Below, in pieces: positions 26,901 to 38,900 of a stretch of 64,000 bases of DNA. The position numbers and the translations under genes were made by a program. Source of the DNA: Phoronis australis. Its lineage: Eukaryota > Animalia > Phoronida. Numbering within the stretch: position 1 is the first letter of the stretch; the number at the start of each line of letters is the position of its first letter. The stretch lies in NCBI GenBank assembly GCA_002633005.1, contig NMRA01000472.1, positions 105,304-169,303 on the forward strand. Reading direction: 5' to 3'. The notes under the pieces are model-generated. The model saw only the letters and a list, made by a program, of their open reading frames with translations, was not told the DNA's origin and ran no database searches.

Positions 26901-29900
26901 CACTGTGGCTAGTTTTCACAAAGTGTTTAAAAGAAAATGTCCTGATGCGCAACAAATTATGGGAAAGCTTGCAAGGCGTTGAAACTTTGATGTGAGCAGA
27001 CAAAAATTTAACCACAACAGGCTTTCATTTCATGAGGGGCCTGAGCTGTAGAAAGCTCAGTAGCCATGGAAAACAAACCAACAGTGATGCAGACAAAGGG
27101 TATGCTACTTCAAGGTTAAAACAATCACATTTACAAATCTCTATTCTTGAAATGTAAACCCACAGTTTTTGGAGGAAAATATCAGACACTCACACACAGT
27201 GGAAAATTTGTGGATGCTGGACAGTCCTCACCCAAAACCCTGATTCAAACCTTGCAAATGCACCTACAGAAGCCATTCAGAAACTTTTAGATGGGACAGT
27301 CAAGTGTCGTCACCTATTGAACACTTGAAGGAGTGTTGGTGCCTGACTAAAATTCTGACACACTGTTACCAGTAATCTCCCAGTCATACACCTTTCATGA
27401 CTAGTGACATATTACTCATGCACAACAGTCATATAGTGTGTATTCAAAATATTGTTCGGTGTTAGCTATGGTAAAAACCTTGAACATGTAAAAACACACT
27501 TCATTGCTACATATCTTTCATGGGACAAATCAAAAATAAAATTTCCCTTGTCTACCAGATTGTGTCTGAAATTATTGAGATAATTCCATACTTTCTGCAA
27601 TTTAAGGAAATGAGTAAAACCTGAAGCAACAGTAAAAAACGGTGAAAGCTGGACAACTTATCATCAACAAGAGCATTTAAAATATTTGGAAAAGCTGAAG
27701 GTGAGAGGGCAAATGTCAGACTCTTCCAGAAACTTGTATTTCTGCCCAGAGTGCCCCCCATTCAGCCAGCGGCTGTCACATCATGTTGCCAGAGGAAGGC
27801 TTCAGTTTGTCAGCAACTCAGCTGCAATAACAGAAGTCTGAGAACTTCAGCTGACAAAGTAGTCAACTCGAAATATTTCTAACAGTCCTTCCAATGATAA
27901 AAATATGCATTTTCGCATGTGCAAGACACGCATGCAGAATGACCACAAAACAGTTCCCATGAAGAGTTTTACGAACATTGTGTCCAAAGATCACCCATGC
28001 AGGCATTTTCTTGGGTGGGGCACTTTAAAATATACTAGCAGTACAACACAGTGGGTTTGTAGGATTTATGGAATGGGCTTTGACTGAGGGCATGACCAGA
28101 GAGGTAATTACCCTCTGTTTGGAGTAAAAAATGTGTGTGGAAGGTGCACTTCAATTAATGACAATTCCGTCAGGCAAACAGGATTTAAGAAGCAACAATA
28201 TATTGGAAACGCCTGCAAGAAAAAGCCTGCTGTAGGATGAAGATTCCAGTACAAAGTACATCCTTGTGCAAAAGCATGCTCACATGTCAAAGCACAGTTG
28301 AAGACAAAGGAAAGTTCTTTATGAAACTGCTTGCCACATCTTTATCAAGAGGAGGTTGCACTATATACAAGATTAGGAAATTTATACAAAAACAAATGGT
28401 TCCAGCCCTTGAAAGCACAAAACTCAAAGCAGACAAGACTCAAATTTCTGTTAACAAATTTCACAGAATCCTTAAGGTGTCATGATAAAAAATCACCTTT
28501 TTCAGCATAAGCAAGCACAGCAGGGGTTGCAATAGGCAAATTTCCATTTTGACAAAAACAAAGGTTTCAAAATTGATGATCATGCATACGGAGGGAAATG
28601 TTCAGCACCAAATCAAACACAGAGCTTTAAGCACATACTCCGAGATCAATTGAAACAGCACCAGACGTCGTGTAATAAACATTGCTTCCTGACCACAGCA
28701 ACTCACAGCTTAAAGTAAAATTATCCACGTATTACCTCATTTTAATAATTTTTGTCCTGATAGCTCCCAACGGACTTCAGATATAAAGAGTTTGACAATG
28801 CAACTTTACTCTTTACAAACTTCCTCTCGAGTAAAATTGGCAAAATCTTGATGGAAATTTCCGGTTAAGAATTATTTTTCATTTGTTTCCTTTCTGAATT
28901 TTGTCATAACTTATGGTGTTTGTCAACTTTTTTTAAATTTGAACACTACATACACTGAACTCATTCATATTGGAAGCCAGCTAAGTTTGTAGGGAGTGGC
29001 ATGGATAGTTCTACTTTAAAGGTACGTGTTCCATCAAAACTCTGGTGAACCATTATTGCTAACTTTTTAACTCGATTCAAGTACGCCCACTGACCATCAT
29101 GATGATGTGAAGTTCATGATATCAACTTTTTAGGATATCTTCTTTGTCTAAACCATCTGTTGTTCAAACGCGCTACCACTTGAACATGGCGACAATTAAT
29201 GGTTCACCAAAATGGCAGAGTGCAGAAACATGGATGAAAGTTTGTATCAGACTTACATTGCCACCTTTTTTCTGGTCCTGCTAAATTGATCAATGTTCAG
29301 ATATGACAACTACAACATCTATACTTCCAAAATATTCAAAACACGGTGTGCAAGTTTTACTAAAGCGTATACGAAGATGAATTCAATATTTTAACATTGA
29401 AAGCAAACAAACAGCTGCAGCTGGGATCAATGGACAGATGAACTAAAAAGGCAAATGTGCAGTTAAGTAAAAACTGAAATAAGGATATCACACTAAATAC
29501 TAAAAAGAATGTGTTATAAATGCCAACCACAATGCTTCTTTTTTCAAACGAAGCATAAAACGTTTCCAATAGTGAAGAAAGGACATCAGTGATTCACTGT
29601 TTCCTCTAAAGTGGTTGTAAACATTAACTTTGCAAGACAGTGTCACAGATACATATTTGGCAAAAAGTTTCTAAGTTCTTTTTAAGCTCAAAGCGAGAGA
29701 CAAACAAACAGCTCTGATGAGAAATATTCACATGGTAATAGCGACTGCAGCCATAAAGGAGATAAATTTCAGTATTGTAATCATTATTATTACTATTATG
29801 ACTTTTGCCATTATTAAGTGATTTGTCATAATTATTTCTACACTTTCTTTGACAAAAAAAAAACGACTCGCTACTATAAAGTTCTGGTGCATATGCCTAC

Positions 29901-32900
29901 ACGTGAAACAAAATGGGAAAAATTCCTTGAAACAATGTAGTACTTGAGATAAAGGCACAAGGGTTGAAATCTGTGCACATATGTTAGACCTCGTTTTTGA
30001 ATAAGGTTATACAAGAGAGAAATCTTGGAAGTAGGCCTTTTGTCTGTCATAAAGTAGATATTAATTTTTTATCACGAACAGACAAAAGTGTGCGAGAATT
30101 TCACAAGAAAGCCCTGGAATCTAGGAAATAAATTATATCGGCATATTGAACTGGCAATAAACTCACCTTCACTTCTTCATAAGAGGTGTCTTCATCAATG
30201 ACACTGGAAAGAAAAACACAAAGCTGCACTATCACTGTGGATTAGTCTTAATTAATTCACAAATTTAAGTCCTGTCCACACAGACTTATACGGTAATAGA
30301 ACAATTTGAACTTTGCACAAATTGTCCCACTTTAAAGCTGGTTTTACAAGGGGAACAGCTGTCACCATCACGGCGCGACTTCGCATTTACACAATAATAG
30401 ATCGTAAACTGGATCAGCGCAAGATATTTACACAATGACTGTCTGCGCATGCTTGAATAAAAACTAGTGAATGTTCAAACCACGTGGAATGATACCGCAT
30501 CACCCACATATGTTTTTGTGCAAGCGTAACAACAATGATCCATTCTGCCTTGTTCCAGTTTGTGTGTAGAGTTGAAACTGGAGCAACTGATTGTGTGCAA
30601 ACTTGCTCTACCTCTCAAACCGGTATCAAAAATGGCCGCCGCAGTGTCAGCTTGCTCCGTGTCAGTCGTGTTTACACACCCACTTGCGCCCAATCAGCTG
30701 TTGCACGTTAGATACTCCACAACAACTATCTCCCGTCCAGTGTAGATGCTACTTAAGTGGAGTGTCCACACACACACCTATCCGATNTTAGACCTCATTT
30801 TTGAATAAGGTTATACCAGAGAGAAATCTTGGAAGTAGGCCTTTTTTCTGTCATAAAGTAGATATTACTTTTTTATCACGAACAGACAAAAGTGTGCAAG
30901 AATTTCACAAGAAAGCCCTGGAGTGACAAAACAGGTCAAAATATCGGTTCGATCTCACTATCACGCCTTGACATCGCTTAGACGGGTGATGTGGTGGATG
31001 AGTCACATTTCCATAATTATTAAAAAAACCCGGGCAGACACTTTTCATACAAACAACTAAATAATCTAGGAAATAAATTATATCGGCCTATTGAACTGGC
31101 AATAAACTCACCTTAACTTCTTCATAAGAGGTGTCTTCATCAATGACACTGGAAAGAAAAACACAAAGTTGCACTATCACTGTTGATTAGTCTTAATTAA
31201 CACAGACTTGTACGGTAATAGAACAATTTGCACTTTGCACAAATTGTCCCACTTTAAAGCTGGTTTTACAAGGGGAACAGCTGTCACCATCACGGCGCGA
31301 CTTCGCATTTACACAACATTAGACCGTAAACTGGATCAGCGCAAGATATTTACACAATGACTGTCTGCGCATGCTTGAATAAATACTAGTGAATGTTCAA
31401 ACCACGTGGAATGATACTGCATCACCCACATATGTTTTTGTGCAAGCGTAACAACAATGATCCATTCTGCCTTGTTCCAGTTTGTGTGTAGAGTTGAAAC
31501 TGGAGCAACTGATTGTGTGCAAACTTGCTCTACCTCTCAAACCGGTATCAAAAATGGCCGCCGCAGTGTCAGCTTGCTCCGTGTCAGTCGTGTTTACACA
31601 CCCACTTGCGCCCAATCAGCTGTTGCACGTTAGATACTCCACAACAACTATCTCCCGGCCAGTGTAGATGCTACTTAAGTGGAGTGTCCACAAACACACC
31701 TATCCGATAACTAGCACAAGGCGAAAGTGGTCACTTTGTGCATGACAATGAACAGCTGATGTGAATATGGCATGTGACCCATCTGCATGTAAGCACAACA
31801 GATAATTACTTCTGCCTTGTCCCAGGTTTGCTGCCACACAGCGATTAGAAGTGCCATAAGTTACGCTAAAAAAGTTACGGAGTCAACAATAAAAAAATCA
31901 ATTTGCCACTAGGGGACACAGTGGTAATCGGAACAGTCCACAATTCGTCGCTATCTTATTGTCAGCTTCATAGGAGCACATCTACCAAATTTCATTAAGA
32001 TCCTTCGAGGAGTTTAAGAGAAACAGCAGAGAATGCTCAACACCGGACGCCCAGACAGACAAGATGGCAAAATACGCACCCACATATGGGGAGTAAGTGA
32101 AGTCTGTACGAAAATGGAAAGGCATCGTTGTCTCCTTGATAGAAGGCTAACTGACAGATTTCATGCAAATTAACTGACACTAGCGGGCACAGAAGCAGTC
32201 AGATCGGTTCAAAACTTGCCGTCATCCGTCTTCAGCTTCACAGGAACATACCGTATCTGTAAAATCTAATTAAGATTGTGCACAGCGTTTAGGAGATACA
32301 GTGGCGGATGCCACCCGCCCAGACAGAGATGATGGCAATATGCACTCATATATGTATATGTGGGTACATAAAAATTCTCTCTTAAAAGTTCACCAAATGC
32401 ACTTTCTGGAGAATCTGCCAATCAAATCTAGTATTTCCTCACAGCAATACATGAGCAGACAACTCTGACTGCAATACATACGAAATATCATTGAGAAACA
32501 ACACTTCTCAATACCACTCACATACGCCTGGGGTATAAATCCTCAAACTCAGGGACAGCATCACCATACCCACAGCCTCGCCGGGCTTGACGCGCGATTG
32601 GCTGAATTACTACTGGTTGCGCATCACTGATATACATTCGCCTCGTTCTACGATGCATTTTGTCCAACACTAACTTTCCACAGCACAAGAACACTTGACT
32701 AACTTTCTACTTCCACTGACACAGGATGCAAATCGTGCCAGACAGAATACACATGCACAAACCATTAACTGGTGTACTTCTAGACTACGTAGGTGTAAAA
32801 AGCAGCATCCCATATAAAGAAGCCTAATGCCTAGGTCAGTGTAATATGAATTCTCATAATGAAGAGGATATCTCATCAACATGACTATAATAGGGGGTCA

Positions 32901-35900
32901 CTCCATAACCACAAAAAATGCACTGAACAGGATCTATACACACACACACACACACACACACAAGCAGATGGCAAATACTTTGACTATGGTAAAATGTCAC
33001 CAATTTCGGGCGGAAGTAATTCCCAAAATTAAACTTTTTCATTTTCAAAGGCTTCGACCATTGTTGTAAATGACCACGACTTCTCAAAACATTGTCTGGA
33101 TGTAGGCATGGTATAAAATTTTAAAATGATAAAATATTATTTTGATGTTACATATCTGTTATGGGAAATTCAAAAAAACTTGTCCGCCATAGTGTGTCCT
33201 AAATTGGTGATTTTTACTGCAACAAAAACAAAAGATTAAATACGACTTGGACTTCTCACAAAACAGACAACATACACCAGAACATCATAAAAATGTCATT
33301 AAATTTGCTGCTTTACAATAACATTGAACTCTTGTTATGTAATATATGTCATATGACCAATCAACTCGCAGGTGCAGTTTTGAGTTTCTTAGCTGTGGGA
33401 CTGGATGATTTAGGTGTCAGATGTAAAATATTAGTGGAATGTAAACCCTGGAGAGAGATAGTAAGTGAAACATTCAAAAAGAGGCAAATTTCTCACAATC
33501 AACATCAAAATGGTCATTCAAGTAAACCTGGAAGATGTCTCATTGCTACCCAAGTGTGTGTCTACACCCCCCAGAAGATTAGTACACCTGTTCACTGTCC
33601 ATAACTCAGACAGAGGAATGTGCAGCTATTTTTCACTGTAAAAACATCACATACCCCACTGGTGAAGGTGTAAACAACATCAGGTGTGGAATACCTAGGT
33701 CAAAATCATGTGAGCAGCTCAATCAGGTACAGCACTGATTTGACTTCAGAGCCAATATTGNTAAATCGGTGATTTTTACTGCAACAAAAACAAAAGATTA
33801 AATACGACTTGGACTTCCCACAAAACAGACAACATACACCAGAACATCATAAAAATGTCATTAAATTTGCTGCTTTACAATAACATTGAACTCTTGTTAT
33901 GTAATATATGTCATATGACCAATCAACTCGCAGGTGCAGTTTTGAGTTTCTTAGCTGTGGGACTGGATGATTTAGGTGTCAGATGTAAAATATTAGTGGA
34001 ATGTAAACCCTGGAGAGAGATAGTAAGTGAAACATTCAAAAAGAGGCAAATTTCTCACAATCAACATCAAAATGGTCATTCAAGTAAACCTGGAAGATGT
34101 CTCATTGCTACCCAAGTGTGTGTCTACACCCCCCAGAAGATTAGTACACCTGTTCACTGTCCATAACTCAGACAGAGGAATGTGCAGCTATTTTTCACTG
34201 TAAAAACATCACATACCCCACTGGTGAAGGTGTAAACAACATCAGGTGTGGAATACCTAGGTCAAAATCATGTGAGCAGCTCAATCAGGTACAGCACTGA
34301 TTTGACTTCAGAGCCAATATTGAGTCAGTGGTATCACTCCCAGAATGTCAAGGTTAAGTGTGAAAATCTTTGATTTGTTGAGTCTCTGAGACACTGACCA
34401 CAAACACTAAATTCAGGAAAGTTGAAAGTCAGAACTGACCTGAGCATAAGATAGTAACTTTATGGATAAACTTGTCTATTAATGGAAAATGCAGAGAATA
34501 GAAATATAGCATTCCAGGAGTTTATGTTGCAAGTAACTGAGCTGGAAATTCGAGGCATTGGAACACATGCTGCGAGCATTAGGAGATTCATAGGTGGAGG
34601 GCATCACAGACAGGTTTTTCAGAACTGCCAAGAGAGAGACACGGAATCAGGAAAGGAGTCCCTAGATACATTGTTGATTTGTACCATTGACTGGGTAAGT
34701 TGCCTGATCGACACAGCATACGCAGTCATGAACATAGCGTCACATTCATAACACAGATCACAGAACTGTGAACAGTTTAGTGACTCATAAACACTGCACT
34801 CACAAAACACAGTTTACACAATAAAAAAACCCACTTTTTGGTTTTCACAGTGTCACCTGGAGGCAGATTACTGAATGCTTACAAAAACCTTTTCGCATAT
34901 TCGATGTCCCATGACTACTGACAGCTTTGGGGTCAAATATCAGAATCCAGATAAAAAATCACTAACCAAGACTTGGAATGACCAATGACAAAAAAGAGGA
35001 AAACTTTCTAGGTGATGTATCATTCCACAAATAAATAGGTATGTGCGATATTATAAATATTTTTGAGTTGTAAATTTAACTGAAATAAACGTTTTTGCAT
35101 TGAATAAAGTCAAAATAATGATAAGAGACGGAAAAAGAGAAAACTGGAAATCAAAACTGAAAAAGACGAAATCCCCTTGAAAGAGGAAAATTCAAAGCCC
35201 TGACTAACATAGATGATTTACTACATCTGCATTTGAACCACTGCAGTCTTTCTTACAAAGTGAAATTCATACACCTTGTTGGATTGCATGATTCTCCACT
35301 TGGAAAAAAGAGGCCTCTGATAAATATATTTAACTATTTTTATTGCCTTTGCTCGAACTTTTCTTTCTTTTAGAGAAGCTCGTACAACGTATTTAGTGAT
35401 GTTATCAACAGTAGAGGGGTTTTATTAAAGCTGTTTCCAAGTTGTGAAGACAAATAGAGAAAAATTAGCAGCACCTGTGAAACAATTAGCAGGTCACACA
35501 CACACACACGTGTTGAGACGAGTTCAAAGGCCATTAGGTATTGGAGCCATGTAAATGAAAACATCAAAAAAATTATTTCACTTTACCTCACCAAACAAAA
35601 AATACATGTGTGACTGAAAACATTTTGTTTACAATCGGGCATAAAAAATTTTAGTTGCAAAAACGAAGTACAAGAGTTTTGACTATACCTTAAACATGAA
35701 AATCATCAGAGGTCACAGGTTCATGTTCCAGGTATAAGTTTTGTCCTAACTTTCTGCTTCAGCTCTGTGTACATTGCCTTAACAAGTAGTGCTGAAGGAA
35801 CAGCCACTTTATCATGACAAGTGAAACTCAATGAGACTATTGGTATCCTATTTGTTATCTTAAAGTATCTGACATTCCAGGGGCATGGAACAACTTCTCA

Positions 35901-38900
35901 AAATAGGGTACCGGAAGTGTTAGATCATACACCAAACAGTGCAGTACATCAGTATACCAGCGTGTGCACAGTAACAATGGTTTATGAACCCATACAGACT
36001 CCTTGCAAGCGTAGAACCAGAGAAATGTCCAGGCAGTAAGACAGCCCCGTTGGACACTTTTACATTGGAAGACTCTCAAGCATACCCTATGTTTGTTATT
36101 TGTTATCAATCTTTCACAAAATCTGGATATACGACTGCCTTGTGTGGTTCATGGCATCTTAAGAGTAGACACCCAATGACGTATGTAGTGGTGGCTGGGG
36201 GTGGGCCACCCTGAGAGTCACCCGGGGGGGGGGGGGGGTTGAACAGTTGGCCTAACTTACACAATTAAGAACAGCCCGAGTCATGTTCCATGTGTAAACC
36301 ATGACTGATAGAGATGTCGGTTACTTGGTGATCAGAGTAGCAAAAGTATGATCAAAAGTGTGACACCTTAATGGCAACTGGGACTGGGGTGCAGATGCTG
36401 GGAGAGGACTGGGGTGACATCGTCTACTGCCCCGAGTCACTACAACCTTAGGATGAATTCCATAGCTGGTATAAGAAAAGTAAACTTAGGAAAAAATGGA
36501 AAACAACAGCTGAAACTGTTTTATAATTCATAAATTCTAAGTATTCTTTGTGTCCTAAAATTTCTATTAGCAAAGCATTTTTCTAACTCACACAGTTGGG
36601 GTTTCTGAGAAAAATCAACGAAGCAAAAGGGGCCTTATAATAAACTCCAGTTATCTAACCCAGTATGACATATGTACTAAACTGAACGATTTCCTGGATG
36701 GTTTAACGTTCCATGAACACCTAAACATAGCACAAATTTAATGCCCTTTCAAAATAAATCGTTAATTGAAACTAGCGTTGTGCACAGACGAGTAGACAGC
36801 TGTTTCCACCATGTGAATGCCTGTGTGAGCGGAGTCAACACGAAAATTTAGGTCAACATTACGACGCAATAAGAAACAAGAGCAACGCGGAGCATTGAAA
36901 TGCTCCCACAACTACCTCGCAAATGGTGTATTTCTAGGAGTGTTTATTTGTATAAATGTTGAATCTATCCGAAAACAGGAACCTGCCAACTCTAGAAACC
37001 TATTAATTAAATTTCATGAAAATCTGCAAAGTAGTTTCAAAGATACAGAGGACAACGAAAAAAATAAAATTACCACTAGGGAGGCACAGCAGTAGTTAGA
37101 TCCATCCAACGCCAAAAAACAAACTCGAAAACAGTAAAAATGGCCACTACGTGAAGCAACATAACCTTGAACCCATACGAAAATGGGAGGATAGCGTCAT
37201 CTCACTAATAGATGCCTATCTACGAAACTTTATGAAAATCTAGTGAGGACTTTTGAAGATACGAAGTTAAACGTAAAAAATTCCACTAGGGGGCGCACCG
37301 ATAGTTGGATCCGTTCATGAAAGGAACATGTGCAAAAATTCATGAACATACATCAAAAGGTTTTGGAGATAGAGCACCTGATGCCGGACGTCGGTCGGAC
37401 AGACGTGCCCACATGTTTATAACAAGAGAAACGCGGAGCGTTGAAATGAGCCCACGAATGCATTGCAAATGGTGTGCTTTTAGGGTTATTTATTTGTATC
37501 ATAAAAATGGCCACTAGATGGTGCAAAAACATACAATCCATCCAAATACAGCTATGGATGCAAAACAAAACAGAGCTACTACTAGGAGGCGCCACAGTAG
37601 TCAGACGCCATCATCAAACGTCCTCTTCACACTGAGAACATTTCAATTTTCAAAACCATCCCTATGATTTGGTTGACCAGGGTTTGAAAACAGCAAAAAT
37701 GGCCACTAGGTGGTGCAAAATACCTAGATTCCATCCAAAAACAGGAGCAAAGCGTCATCTCTTCAATAGATGCCTATATTCAAAATTTTATGAAAATATG
37801 TTTTGGACCTTTGAAGATACAGAGGTAAACATAAAAAACTAAAATTGCCACTAGGGGGCACACGAGTGGTCAGATCCATCCGAAAGTCGTCGTTGTTTGT
37901 TGTCAACATCATATAAATACACTGTCTTCATAAATCAAGTAAAGATCCTGCAAACGGTTTAGGAAATACAACCATGAGCGCAAAAAACTGCCAACAGTAG
38001 GCGCCACAGTAATCGAAGTTGGAAAATCATCGTCAGCCGTCCACTTCATAGATAAAACATACATGCCAATTTTCACAATTATCCTGAAAGCAGTTTGCTT
38101 GATAGAGTGGACGCGAAAACAGTAAAAATGGCCACTAGGTGGCACAAACTAGGTCGAATCCATCTGAAAATGGAGAGATGGCGTCACCTCATTAACAGAT
38201 GCCTGTATGCCAAATTATATGAAAACACATTGAGGACCTTTGAAGATAGAGAGGTAAACGTAAAAAAATAAAATCGCCACTAGGTGGCACACCAGTAGTC
38301 AGATCTGTCTGACAGTTGTCATCCTGCGTTATTAACATCATATAAATGCATTTACTAAATTTAGTAAAGATCATGCAAACGGTTTAGGAGATACAGCCAT
38401 AGGCGCAAAAATTGCCACTAGGAGACGCCACAGTAGTTGAAGTCATCGGAAAATGATTGTCAACCGTCTACTTCATAGGAAGAACATACATGACAATTTT
38501 CGCAATCATCCTTTGAGCGGTTTGGTTGATGGAGGGATGGACGCCAAAAAACAGACTCGAAAACAGTAACAATGGCCACTAGGTGGCGAAAAATACCTCG
38601 AATCCATCCGAAAATGAAACGATAGTATCACCTCATTAATAGATGCCTATGTGCCAAATTTCATGAAAATCGGTTTAGGACCTTTCAAGATACAGAGGCA
38701 GCAAAGGTAAAAAAATTAAAATTGCCACCAGGGGGGCACAGTGGTATTCGGGTCGGTCCGAAACTCGTCGCCCTCTGTCGTCAACCCCTTAGGAACACAC
38801 CTGCCAAATTTCAAGGAGATCCTGCAAGGGGTTTAGGAGGTACAGCCGCGGACGCTGGACACCCAGACAGAAATGACGGCAATATGCACCCACAAATAAA

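Larger units (their letters stand above)
29984..31708. repeat. Near-identical tandem duplication across single N at 30787 (likely uncollapsed haplotypes)
   Basis: 29984-30786 versus 30788-31708; scattered SNPs, ~140 bp extra in the second copy and ~20 bp extra in the first. Confidence 0.85.

Noticed and set aside
27592-27594. 3-nt microexon (ttgcag|AAA|gtatgg) in calpain intron 10
   Set aside because: It is in frame, but the donor is mediocre and such a short pattern arises easily by chance. It needs RNA evidence.
33293-34166. Two identical 103-aa ORFs as a duplicated gene
   Set aside because: They have no recognisable motif, lie antisense within an intron, and result from the duplication across N33761.
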